From NCBI GenBank assembly GCA_024137785.1, contig JAHRHZ010000032.1, positions 12,404,660 through 12,468,659 of the forward strand: a DNA stretch of 64,000 nucleotides, read 5' to 3'. Position 1 is the first letter of the stretch; every line of letters begins with the position of its first letter. Shown here piece after piece: positions 25,000 through 37,460 of the stretch. Origin of the DNA: Ginglymostoma cirratum (taxonomy: Eukaryota). A program made the translations under genes and the position numbers. The notes beneath the pieces are model-generated. The model saw only the letters and a program-made list of their open reading frames with translations. It searched no databases and was not told the origin of the DNA.

Positions 25000-25721
25000 N
25001 NNNNNNNNNNNNNNNNNNNNNNNNNNNNNNNNNNNNNNNNNNNNNNNNNNNNNNNNNNNNNNNNNNNNNNNNNNNNNNNNNNNNNNNNNNNNNNNNNNNN
25101 NNNNNNNNNNNNNNNNNNNNNNNNNNNNNNNNNNNNNNNNNNNNNNNNNNNNNNNNNNNNNNNNNNNNNNNNNNNNNNNNNNNNNNNNNNNNNNNNNNNN
25201 NNNNNNNNNNNNNNNNNNNNNNNNNNNNNNNNNNNNNNNNNNNNNNNNNNNNNNNNNNNNNNNNNNNNNNNNNNNNNNNNNNNNNNNNNNNNNNNNNNNN
25301 NNNNNNNNNNNNNNNNNNNNNNNNNNNNNNNNNNNNNNNNNNNNNNNNNNNNNNNNNNNNNNNNNNNNNNNNNNNNNNNNNNNNNNNNNNNNNNNNNNNG
25401 GTCAAGTGCCAAATGTTCCTCAATCACCTGTTGAGGATAGAATAACTTTTGTGCTCCAAACATGGCCGTTTTCAGCAGAAGGAATGGAACAAAGGGCATG
25501 GGCTTTCTCCAAGGCAGCTTCTACATTCTGGGCCCTCAATGTCATTCAGCAAATGATTGAGAAGAAGTATCCATAAACTACACCTATCTGGACATCCCAA
25601 AGCAGAATTATTACCTGAAAGACCCCTTTATTTTTTAAATTACACCATGACTCCCTAACAAAGAGAACTGGCAAATATTGTTGCTATCAGGTGCCAAAAC
25701 TTTCAACACTTCCTATCCCTG

Positions 25722-25867
25722 AATAAAAACTGATCAAACTGCGGATGCTGTAAATCAGGAATCTGTTCTGACAAAGGGTCACCGGATCCAAAACGTTAAC
25801 TCTGATTTCTTTTCTTCACAGATGCTGCCAGACCTGCTGAACTTTTCCAGCAACTTCTGTTTTTGTT
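25722..25867. mobile_element. PLE pseudo-LTR element with decayed hammerhead core
   Basis: Inverted tail (AACTGCGGATGCTGTAAATCAGG) joined to CTGACAAAGGGTCACCGGATCCAAAACGTTAACTCTG. 14-bp TSD with 1 mismatch (ACTTCCTATCCCTG 25708-25721 / ACTTTCTATCCCTG 25868-25881). Confidence 0.8.
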
Positions 25868-26507
25868 ACTTTCTATCCCTGCCTTCCCACAGCTGCACAA
25901 TACCCAGGCTTGACATTTTTTTTAACTTTCAAGTTAATATATTGTGCCACTGTAACATTAATTATGAATAATGGCACAGATATTCCAATGCTGAAGCAGC
26001 ACAAACTAAAGTTGCATGTTGGGGCTAGTCAGAATTTCATATGTAGCGGAGTCATGTGAATTTCCGAGGAAATTGAAACTTCCATTAAGCAATTACCCTG
26101 CACCTATAATTCTGTCCAAAATCCATGGGAGCAGAGAATTTGGAGAGGTCCATTTCCAATAAGGTAATTTTTAGTTAAATGTTAAGATTAATAATTGTTT
26201 TTAATGATAATTAATACTTACACAGAAAATGTTAGGTAATTAAAAATCTGACCTTCTTATGCAGCATTTTTACCCCAAATTACATATCCCTCAAACTCTT
26301 ACACCCACCCAGACCACTGATAACAAGCCCACACCACAGCGCTCCGGTCTAGAACAATTCCGCTCCCCCTTCTGACCCAGCTCACTCCTCTAGCAGTCCT
26401 GACACCATCCTTCTGCAACACCCAACCCAATAAAACCCATCCTCCTGCTTTTGGACCCAAAAAAACCTACTGCTATTGGATTGGACAACAGCCAACACTC
26501 CACTATT

Positions 26508-27062
26508 GATTTTGCTTTTGATTGTATTGTCATGTGTATTTTACAGTAAGAATACAATAAATTAGAGTGAAAAGCTTTCATTTGTTGCCACAAAATGGCA
26601 CCGTTTTGAATAATTTAAAAATAAGGAACAAAAAAGAAAGAAATAGCTTGAAGAGAGCCCCTCAGTCCTGAGCCTGGTCATCATCATCATCAGCACTGCT
26701 TGCACCATCATCCCTCCACCACTACTTCATTGCCATCTTCACTGGACCCAACGAACATCGAAGTTGGCGATCTCAGGCACCAACTTTTGCTGCAGTGCCT
26801 ACCTCACCAATGTCACCTTTGCTGATCTAGCTGCCACTGATTCCAGGTCCTGTGCACGCTCTGGAAAAGTAATTGGGGCTCACTGTCCTCTGCCTGTGCC
26901 CTGTTTGAGGTCTGTGTGATGGGCTTTCACTGCCACCGATGCCACCCAAGATCAGGACAAGGTAAGTAAAAAAAAAACAAAGAGAGGGGAGAAAACAAAA
27001 AGAAAAGTGGTCACATCAGACAAGCTCCAGCAAAGGAGCCCTACTCCGCCACCATCTTGGAC
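26508..27062 (-). mobile_element. Near full-length non-coding retroposon with a Rex1/Babar-like 3' tail
   Basis: Minus strand starts CCAAGATGGTGGCGGAGTAGGGCTC and ends ..TTTCACTCTA..TACACATGACAATACAATC; homologous to the 23500 and 55740 copies. Confidence 0.5.
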
Positions 27063-27211
27063 TGAATTGGACGTGACAACATGCATCCTTCCCCCCCATC
27101 CCCGCTATTGGACCTAACAAAGCACATTCTTCCATTATTGGCTGTGACAATACCAACACCCCTGCTACAGAACACATAAACGCCGTGCCTCACCACCAGA
27201 TCCAGTGCACA

Positions 27212-27248
<37 letters not shown>
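27212..27248. repeat. (CT)n microsatellite
   Basis: Direct reading. Confidence 0.95.
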
Positions 27249-27984
27249 GTTGCCTGGTCTGACAATCCCCTTGCATCACTAGACCCCCAACACACAGCCC
27301 CATTTCTTCACTTCCAGACCTGATAATCCCCTTGCCATCACTCCAGGCCCCAACACCTCTCCCTGCCACTGCTGAACCCAGCAATTTCAGGCCCCCTAGA
27401 TTCAACAGTCCCTTCCTGATGCAAAATCTCCCCCATCTTGGCAGCCATTAGACCCTCCTCCCATCCTGCTGGCCCTGGCACCAATTTCCTCCAATCAGCC
27501 CTGACACCTCCTTTGCCAGATCTGCCAAACTCCCCCTCCCGCCACTGGCCTCAACACCCTCAACATCCACCCCCAACCTGATATCCTACTCATCTACCGC
27601 TCTAATATTTTTATCAAATGCCATCCTAACCTCACACTTGCATTATGTAGCTTTTCATAGCAGCTGTCAAATACCTAGCTGTACCACTGGGCATTTAAGT
27701 CTTAGAACACAGCACAAATACTGCTGCAAGGTGGGGATGTTGGACTTCCTCCAACTATCCTGTTTGCTTTCATGTCTTTTTGAAGGAGCCAAGATCAGAA
27801 ATCTTGGCTGGAAATGTGGAGTTCCTTACCCTCAGTTGATGCCAATATTACAGTAATTGTCACTTCTTGGGATATCCAAGCCAATGTTACTCAATTTGGA
27901 TCATCATCATAGTATTTGCTTACATATTTTTAAACTAAATGCTTATATGTTAACTTTTTTCATTTTAATGACTAGGATAAAAAA

Positions 27985-28715
27985 ATTATCCAAATGGTGA
28001 GAGATTGCAGAGCACAGAGATGCAGAGGGACCTGAATGTCCTTGTGCATGATTCACAAAAGGTTAGTATGCAGGTACAACAAACCATTAGAAAAGCTAAT
28101 AGAAAATTACATCAATTCTGAGGGGAACTCAATACAAAAACAGGGAGGTTATGCTTCATTTACACAGGTCACTGGTGAGACTGCATCTGGAGTACTGTGT
28201 ACGGTACTCCTAAGGAAGTACGTAAATGCATTAAAGACATTTCAAGGAGGATATCGGAGACCAATATGTGGAACACACAGGACGCCTCATGAGGAAGGAT
28301 TGGACAGGCTAGGCTTGTATCAGCTGGAGTTTAGAAGAGCAAGACGTGACTTACTTGAACATATGAATTCTCAGAGATCATGACATGGTCGATATGCAGG
28401 AGATAGTTCCTATAATCCGGGAACATAGAACCAGGTGACACTATTTAGAAATTATGAGTCATATTTTTAAAAAAAAAGAAAATAGGATTTTTTTTTTGTT
28501 TGAGCTTTGTGAGTCTTCTGAACACTATCCCCTGAAAAGGCGGTGGAATCAGGATCCGTGAATACTTTTAAGGCTGAAGTAGATCAATTTTTGTTAAGCA
28601 AGGGGTTGAAAGGTTATCTGGAGTAAACAGGAATTTGGATTTGAGATTACAATCAGATTGGATGGTGGAGCAGGCTCATTTACTAAATAGCTTACTCCTG
28701 CTCTTGATTCATATC
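27985..28715 (+). mobile_element. CR1 (HER1-type) 3' fragment
   Basis: CAGAGGGACCTGAATGTCCTTGTGCATG; ORF fragment HEEGLDRLGLYQLEFRRARRDL; 3' tail. Confidence 0.8.
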
Positions 28716-30227
28716 AGTATATAAACCAATCTTCAAATACTGCCTTACTTACATCATTTCCTTTTGCTTTTTCTTTTTCATTGCCTTTGTCAGAAGATTT
28801 TTTACTTAGTTCAGATTCTTAAGCACCAGTACAGGATGAATATTGTTTCGCTTACTGGTAGCAGATCATTTTTTTTTTGGGGGTCACATCATTTTTTGTG
28901 GAATGACAGGGTTTAATAAATTCTTACAGTTTTGCTGTGGTAGTTTACAATGCATTGTAATTTTTACTCTTTTGTTGTGGTACAATTTTGTTATGCATTG
29001 ATAGATGTTCATTATTTTATGTGTTCACATCTTCTTACATACAGGAAACCAGTAAAAGTGTTTGTAATAAAACTGATTTTATGTCTACCAAAAAATCATT
29101 GTCAAGGTATTAAATCTATTAATTTTGGCTGTTCAGCTTTTATTGTTCTGGGAATAGCTTGGTTATGAAGAAATATGGTGTATGCAGAGCCATTCAACCT
29201 ATGATTGATGAATTGTTTTTCAATCTTGAATGCAGGAGCCCTTGCTGGAAGGATTGTAAACCTCATTCCTTGGAGTAGATTTTCAGCTTGTGCAAGTGTA
29301 GACAGTTGACAATGAATTGGCCACCCCTTTCACATCTTGCCTGATTTTTATTCTATTGGAGTCACAAAGAACAAAAATCAGGAGAAATGGAAACAAATTG
29401 CCAAATCGCTATTGCCTGCCTTGCGTTATTGCGTAATATTGAGAACTCTTCCATCAACTTAATTGCCTACATGTTGCACTGATGTGAGTTTCACTCCTCT
29501 GGATAAATCCTAAACAGCATTACTAAATGATCACATAGATGTTCTGTTATATCTCTTACATGAAGTCACAGGATGCCACACTGTTTTGAGAAATTTGTAG
29601 TAATGCCTTTGTTTTGCAAGAAAGATTATTGTAATAATGTGTATCCAATTCAATATATAAGGAAAACCTGAGGCAATTTTTCACAATATAAATTTAACTA
29701 TTAATCAGAGTCAATGAAATAATTGATTACGTTTTGGCATGAATTTTGGTTCTGTAGCACCATCTCTAGACTAGTTGTTTTTACAGTGTCCTATGTACAG
29801 CTGATTGCTTTCTACCTGGCCCATGTAACATTTGAGGAGAAAAGCTCCTGTGAAGGTATGCACCTGAAGGCCTTGATTTCACTCTTTAATCATGCCAGAT
29901 AGCCTGAGTAGGATCAAACCAAAATAAATACCCGGTGACAAAGTGGCTGATCACTCTGTAAACATGAAGTGATTGATTGCAGCATTGGCTGTGCATTACT
30001 GTAGGTAGGTGAACTCACACATGCACACCCTACCCCTTAACTGATGTGTCCATGTCAAAGTTTCAGCTTGAATCATCTAGGTGAAGAAGCTGGTCAAGGA
30101 ACAGAACTCTTTAATAAAAGTTTATTGTGGCATTGACAAATTTAAAAATATTAGTAACCATCTCCCCTTTTAAGTCACATTAGTTTTCACATACATGTGA
30201 ATTTATAAATCTGATTCATTCCTCTGT

Positions 30228-30650
30228 TTCAGCTATGAAGAGAGACTAGCTTCTCTGGGGTTAATTTCCTTAGAACAGAGAAGGCTGAGAGAGGATCTAT
30301 TTGGAGTGTACAATGTTCTGAGAAGCATAGGCGGGGCAGATAGAAACTTATACCCTTTGTAGAGTGGTCGATAGCTAGGGGGCATAGATTTAAGGGGCAG
30401 GAATTTAGAGGAGATTTGGGGAAAGACATTTTCACTCAGAAGGTTATGGGTGTCTAGAAAGCATTGCCTGAAAAATAAGTAGAGGCAGGAATCCTCAAGA
30501 CATGCAAGAACTGTTTCGGGCACTTGAAACCCCATAGCAAACTAATGCTAAAAATTGGAATTAGAATAGACGAATGTATGATAATCAGCAAGGACATGAT
30601 GGGCCAAAGGGCCTGCTTCCAATCTGTAAAAGCTCTGCCAGTCAATGACT
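30228..30650 (+). mobile_element. CR1 3' fragment
   Basis: CAGCTATGAAGAGAGACT..AGAAGGCTGAGAGAGGATCT..ATGGGCCAAAGGGCCTG. Confidence 0.8.
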
Positions 30651-32789
30651 CAGTACACAGCTCCTTTTCTTAAATGACCAGTGTCATAGTCACAATTCCC
30701 TCAGAGCTCGACGCTTCATTGTGTTATGCTGTTGGCTGTTATTCCTGTGTTCACTTTTGCTGTTCCTGCTGCACTTAAACAATCCAAACAGCATACTCAT
30801 GACAAAGACTGTCACAAAAAAGCCCTTTCCGAAATCTTTATCATCTTAGATATAAAAACAAATTTTAGAATAGCTATTTATAATATGAAGATATTTTAAC
30901 TGATAAGATCTTGCTTATGTATCCTGCTTACGCACTTTTATCAAAAATTTTCGTGGGATAAGCATTTTCATGGATTGGAGGGGCATATGCAAATACAATG
31001 ACTTTAAATCTAAAGTTATATTTACATTTCCGGAGATTCTACACCCATACTCATCGTGTGGTCTGTTGCCTGTGTAGTGAAGAAATTATTCAGTACGTGT
31101 ATGTCAGACTTTCCTTATTCTGTAGAATGCAGGGAGACAAGAGTTTGGCAATTTCTGACAAAGGTCCCTCAGAAACCGTTTTTGCTTTCAATTGTTGGCT
31201 TCTGTTAAGTTGAATGTGTTTCTGCTGAAAGAATTTCAGGAAAGGGGACTTTGAAGCACCTTTTCTATTTTGAATCACCTGGGAGTGTTCTGGAATATTT
31301 TGGGAGGTTTTGCACTGAATTCCTGGATTTGCTACAGTGAGTTGTTGCATCCTGAGAGATATGTCCACACAAGGTATCAGAGCAATAATTCCAGTAACTC
31401 TGAGTCTACAGTAGGTACATGGAGCAGGGACTGCGAAGAGGAAATCTCCGCATAATTCTTTCTGGTGAGTTGGACCCAGATTCTTTCACACTACTTGAGA
31501 GTGGCAAGGCTGCCATGTAGACCAGTTAATGCACCCAGCATCTCAATGCGTGTACGCCTTCAGAATTCTGCTGGATGTCACCTTATTGAAGTCATCATAT
31601 AAGTTTGTTGAGCTTTATATCAGATCGGTATGCAGAGATGATACACAAAGACCAATGGCTGTAGGTGAGGTTTTGTGCAATTGTAATGGAACCTCCAGCA
31701 ATAGATGGTGATGGGGAGGGAGGGCACTGAGTAGGGCAGCTGAAGCAGTCGAATGGAGGAAAAGGCATCTTTGGGAGATAGCAGCTTTATGGGGAGACAT
31801 TAGACAGGTAAAGGGTTTTCTCAACCAGATGTAAGCCACAGATGTAATTTCATGTAAATGCTGTGTCTTCAATGTTTAATCTTAATTTTTGCTCATAGTT
31901 ACAATGACCTGAAGCCAATGGAATTTGGTGTCCCTGTTTCATGATCTTTGAGCTGTCCCTGTACTCAAATCTCATTAGAAAATGTTTTAAAGTGTCTGCA
32001 TTCATGCATACAGCAGATTGTGTCAGTTGAATCTCTCGCTCTCTAATCACATTTAGGTTTAAGTAATCACAAGTAGAACAGACACTAGACACAAATAACC
32101 AAATACTGAATAGTTAAACTATTTAACCTTATAGATTACCCTGCAGCGGATCTTTTCTGAAACTTTGTTCTTCAGTAAGCAGGTAATCAAGCAATCCTTT
32201 ATCCCCTCACCACAAGCTGATCTCAACTCCAAGAGTATCTTCAGCACAAATTGACGAGTTTCTTATTGAGTGTTAGGTCCAGTAATTGGGACTCTTCATT
32301 GATGCTGCGCCATTGTTTTCCCTCTTTATCTTTGGGCTGCTGTTGTCGGGCAGATGACAGTCCTTGCGTATCACTCATGTGTATTAGAAACATAGAAACT
32401 AGGAGTAAGAGTAGGCCATTCAGCCCTTTGTGCCTGCACTAGCATTCAATCTGATCATGCTTGATTCTTTACCTCAATGCCATACTTCCACTTTCTCTCC
32501 ATATCTCTTGATGACTTTAAAATCCAAAAGCAAATCAGTATTGACAGATGTGTTGCTTCATAACACGAGAAAGAAAACCATTTGGCTGCTTAATAATGAC
32601 CTGCTCCTTGAATCACACTGAAGGAGCCCAGCAGCATACAACTCTCATGTATGTTATGATTCACAGTATGAGTCACAACTTTTTCTACCAGCTGCCAGAT
32701 GAAGACAAAGAGCTAGAGCAGCAAGTAGGTTATTAACATGGCTCCTTTCTGACCTGATGCCTATGATCACTTCATTAGAAAACGATTCT

Positions 32790-33575
32790 TTAAATTCACA
32801 GGATATGAGCTTTGCTGGCTGGGCCAGCATTTATTAGCCATCCCTAGCTGCTTTTGAGAAGATAGTGATGAGCTGCCTTCTTCAACTACTGCGGTCTGTG
32901 TGCTGTGGGTAGACCCTTAAAGGTATTAGGGATGATATTCCAGGATTTTGACCCAGCAACACAAGAAACTGCAATATGTTTCAAATCAGAACAGTAAGTG
33001 GCTTGGGGGAATCTTGAAGGTGGTGGTATTACCATGTATCTGCTGCTCTTTGTCATTGTTGTGGGTGTGGAAGGTGCTACCTAAAGAGACTTGGCAAATT
33101 TCTGCAGTGCATTTTCTAGATGCACTAGAATGCCACAACCAATTATGGAAGGAGTTCATGTTTATGGATGTAGCATGAATTCAGCAGTTACTTTGTCTTG
33201 AATGGTGCCAAGTTGAGTGTTATTAGAGTTCCACCCATCTGGGGAGGTGGTGAGTGTTTATTCACACCCCTGACTTGTACCTTGCACGTGGTGGACAGGC
33301 TCTGGGGAGTCAGGAGGTGAATTACTCGCCACAGAATTCTCAACTCCTGACCTGCTCTTGTAGCCACTGTATTTACATGCCTGATCGAGTTCAGTGTCTG
33401 GTCAATGGTCACCCTTGGGGTGTTGTTAATGGGAGGTTCTGTGTTGGTAATGCTTTTGAATGTCAAGAAGTGATGGTTAGATTTTCTCTTGTTGGAGATG
33501 GTCATCACTTGGCACTCATGGCATAAATGTTACTTTCCACTTGTCAGCAAAAGCCGGAATATCGTCCAGGTCCAA
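32790..33575 (-). mobile_element. CR1-superfamily LINE 3' fragment (family of 15895-17062)
   Basis: ORF 33188-33508 VTIDQTLN..HVNTVATRAGQELRILWRVIHLLTPQSLSTTCKVQVR; reverse 3' tail at 32800-32880. Confidence 0.85.
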
Positions 33576-34899
33576 AACCAGTAAACACAACCCAAATGTC
33601 CTATTCACTGACTACCCCGAACCTTGTTTTTCATCTGTTACGCATCATTTCAGTGTCCTCCCAATGTGAAAATAAAAATCGCCGCAAATCAAATATTCAA
33701 AACTAAATGTAGTAATCAAATCATACCAATGATTACATATGTTAATTAATCATCCAAGTGTACTCCTTCATTGTTTATAATCCACATACCTTTGACTGTC
33801 CCGGTTCTCCTATGCAGTGTTACCCAAGTAGCTGTAGTTTGGCTGGTGGAAAGTTGTTGAGCTTTCATTTAGGGATTCTGATGGCCTTGATGGATGACCT
33901 TGAGCAGCTCTGGACCTGGAAGACTCAGCTGTAGCCTGCACTATCTCAGGCATGGGCTGGCAGGCTGATAGATCATAGCCAGACTGGGAGGAGGAAAGCT
34001 GTCATCCTGAGAGAGGACAGCAGGCTATGCTTCACAGAGTAGCTGCCAACCCACAGAAATTCATTGGAAGACAGTTTGATGACATGTTGCACCCTCTGCA
34101 AATCACTTTGAACACTTGATGATCCCTGACGGTGATATCAAGCAGTCTTCAAATGTATTAATGTGTGCTTGCCTGACAGTTTAGTTTCTCTATATGCTGC
34201 TCTATGTACATCCTCATGTATATCCTGTGGACCAGAAGCCTGTTGTGACCTCACTCTTGAATCATCCTTTCCCCTTCTAAGACCACATGTGTGCAATGTC
34301 TCACTTCAAGCAGTACCTGCATCTAAACGATGTAAAGTGTCATTTTTTGAGCTGGCGGCTATAAATGTTGTAGAGAGTGATGGCATGTCTTCATTATCAC
34401 TGTTTTCCAGCTTTTCCATTTACCTTGTTCTTTCAACAGTATGTAGCCACACAGCAGAGGGTATCTGAAAGAAGAAAGGCACAAGAGTAGGATTACGATG
34501 AGGGGATGGGACGATGGAGGTGGGAAAAAGAACTTGCATGCTGACACCATCTGCAGCTGACTGCGGGATATACAGTAAGCAAGAGGATTAAATAGGAGGA
34601 CTGTATCATCTTTTACAATCAGCCTCATTGCTAACATAGCTTCAGCCCTAGCTGGTCAAATGATTGTATTCATTACGTTATTCTTCAGGGTAAGAGAATA
34701 TAACTATGCCTGCTCCCTGCTGGTTAATGCCTGCAGCCCCCAGTGCAAAGGGAGTGAGGATGAGTTGAAACAATGCATGTTAGGAATGAGTTAAGTTCAA
34801 TCAAGATTTTTAGTAGGTGAGTGAAGGACATGTGGTAGATTGAGTGGTGTGGAGGTGTGCAGATGCAGGATATGACAATTGGAGATTGCTTTCACTGAC

Positions 34900-35120
34900 C
34901 TTGACCACTCATGAGGTCAATTAAGCAGTTATGACGCTGCATGCATGGTCTCGGCACTTGAATCCTGGCTTTGACTGTCATGACTATTTGGTCCTTTTAC
35001 TTTTATTTCACTTGTTTGGAGGGCCTTGGTTACATATGGATTGATCACATCTTTCCTCTACTCTATCTCTTCCACCGACATATTGTCAGAGAACCTGAAG
35101 CGTCTACCCTGTTGCCACAT
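34900..35120 (-). pseudogene. Harbinger Myb/SANT-like ORF remnant (copy B)
   Basis: Minus strand MWQQGRRFRFSDNMSVEEIE*RKDVINP..DQIVMTVKARIQVPRPCMQRHNCLIDL, then AAG|GTCAGT donor. Confidence 0.6.
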
Positions 35121-35694
35121 AACCTGTTCTTTCTGGTCAGCCTCTCTTCCACAGACACTTTCAGCATTTATACAGCAAGAATTCACCTCCTCTTTAAGAC
35201 ATGTAGGTCGATGTTAAGTAGTATGAGCTCGCTTAAATTAATATTTGCTTAACACAAACATAAACAGCACCCCCCCCCCCCCACCGACAGACATCACCGA
35301 TGTATGCTGGTCTTCAATAAAGAATTTTGCACTGCTATCAAGCAAAATCACAGGCAGTACAAAATTGATTTGCTGCCTGCATGGCAAAATTGTGTGTGAG
35401 TTACTTGATATTGCAATCCCTACACCCATTTTCAGGGCTGTTTTGCATCACCCGTCAGTCTTGCATCAATTGGTATTAGAGGTTGGAATAAATGCTAATT
35501 TACATGAGATTCTCATACAAACTTTCAGCTAATTTGAGTTTTTAGTAAAGATTAGCAACGCTAATTATCTATCCATAAGTATGATAGACAGTATATTGAA
35601 GGTCATGTAAGTTAATGAGGTTTGTTGTAGAGTAGTGATCCAGAATCTGAGAAAGTAATGTTTATATAAACTAATTGAATATTTTCATTTCTCC

Positions 35695-36320
35695 TCTCAT
35701 GGGATGTTGGCATCTTTGGCAAGGCCAGCATTTGCTGCCCATCTCCAAGTACCCTTGAACTGAAAAGCTTACTAGGGCAATTCAGAGGGCAGCTAAGTTT
35801 TATTCACAAATGGGATGTCGGCATCCCTGCTGGCCATTATTTATTGCCTATTCCTTGTTGGCCTTGAAAAGGTGGTAGTGTGCTGCTTTGTTGATCTGCT
35901 GCAGTTAACACGCGATAGGTTGACCAAAATGCCCTTAGGTAGGGAATTCAGGGTTTTGACCCAGTGACTGTAGAGGAATGGTGATATATTTCCAAGTGAG
36001 GATGGTGAGTGGCTTGGAAGTGGCGGTGTCCCCATGCATCTGCTGTCCTTGGCCATCTAGATGGAAGTGTAAATTACGTTGCTGTGGTCTGGGTGACATA
36101 TTTCCTTCCATAACAGTCATTAATGAATCAGATGGATTTTTATGACATCTGGTGGTTGTTTCATGGTCACCGTCACTAGTACTAGTTTTATTTTTCAGAT
36201 TTTGCTAATTAAATTAGAATGTAACCAGCAGCCATGGTAGGATTTGAACCTGTGCTCCCAGTGCAATAGCCTGTCTCCGGGTGATGAGTCAAGTGATATA
36301 ACCACTTTTCCATCTTTTCC
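35695..36320 (-). mobile_element. Cluster of LINE 3' tails and a tRNA-SINE head
   Basis: Two GGGATGT..GGCATC..GGCCA..ATTT tails; GCCATGGTAGGATTTGAACC reverse B-box. Confidence 0.65.
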
Positions 36321-36709
36321 TCAATTGTCTTCTTTCATTGTTAAAGAAAATATCTAGAATATCTGGTTTATAATAGTTAAAGTGTATTATGTTATAGTCA
36401 CATAACATAAAACCTTTACTTGAAATCCTTGTTTACAGTTCTTTTTGTTATATTTCAATAAAAGAATCAATAAGAAAGCAAACAACAGAAAAAATAGTCA
36501 CACTTTAAATAGGAAGCTAATGGCAGGAAATCAGACAACATTAAGAGTGGACCATGTTTTTCATGCCTCTTGCAAATTTTATGGTAATTAAATTCTGAAC
36601 ATAATTAGCAAGTTTAGTGTTGACAGTTAATTTTGAAGTTTTTGACAACATGTAGTTTCCAACATGTTGTTAAATGTTTAGGAAGTATTTATGATAGCAA
36701 TATTGGTAC

Positions 36710-37460
36710 ATAGGGAACAGGAGCAAGAGTCGGCCAGTCAGCACCTTCAGCCTGTTTTACCATTCAACTAATTGTGACTGACCTTCTACCTCAGCACTAT
36801 TTTCCCGCACTGTCCACATGTCCCTTGATGTCTTTAATATGTACAAATCTGTTGATTTCTTTCTTGAACATTCTAAATGACTTCATAGCCTTCTGAGGCA
36901 TAGAATTTCAAAGAAAACATCCTTCCTGCATTCATGCTGTTGAGTCCTGTAAGAATTCTGTAAGTTCAAAAAGTTCACCTCTATTTCTTCATAACTTTAG
37001 AGAATATAGAGCCAGTATCTTCAATTGTAATTCATAGGATAATCCTGCCATCCAGAGAGTCAAGCTACTAAACCTTCAATGCATTTTGGCTTCATCCTCC
37101 CATGGATACACTGACCCACACTGTATAAAATACTCTAGTTGCAGTCCCATCAAGTCACTGCGCAATTGCTGCAAGCCATCTTTACTCATTCGGTCAATAA
37201 AAATACAATAAAAGCCAACACATCATTTGTCTTCCTAATTGCTTCCTATATATGAATGCTAACTTTCAGTGAGTCATGAACTAGGATACCTAGGCCCCTT
37301 AGAATGACAACATGCCCCAGTCTCTCATAATTTAAGAAATATTCTGCATTTTCATTTTTCCTACTGGGGAAAAACTTCACATTTTTCTATATTCTATTCC
37401 ATCTCCTAAATTCATGCCCACTGACATAGCCTGTCTAAATCCCCCAGAAGTTGCTTTGCA
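36710..37460 (-). mobile_element. Decayed CR1 3' fragment
   Basis: CATAGGGAACAGGAGCAAGAGTCGGCCAGTCAGC reverse tail; ACACTGTATAAAATACTCTAG; TTTGTCTTCCTAATTGC. Confidence 0.7.

Noticed and set aside
31116-31170. Possible small exon (TTCTGTAG acceptor ... AAG|GTCCCT)
   Set aside because: Weak donor and no recognisable peptide
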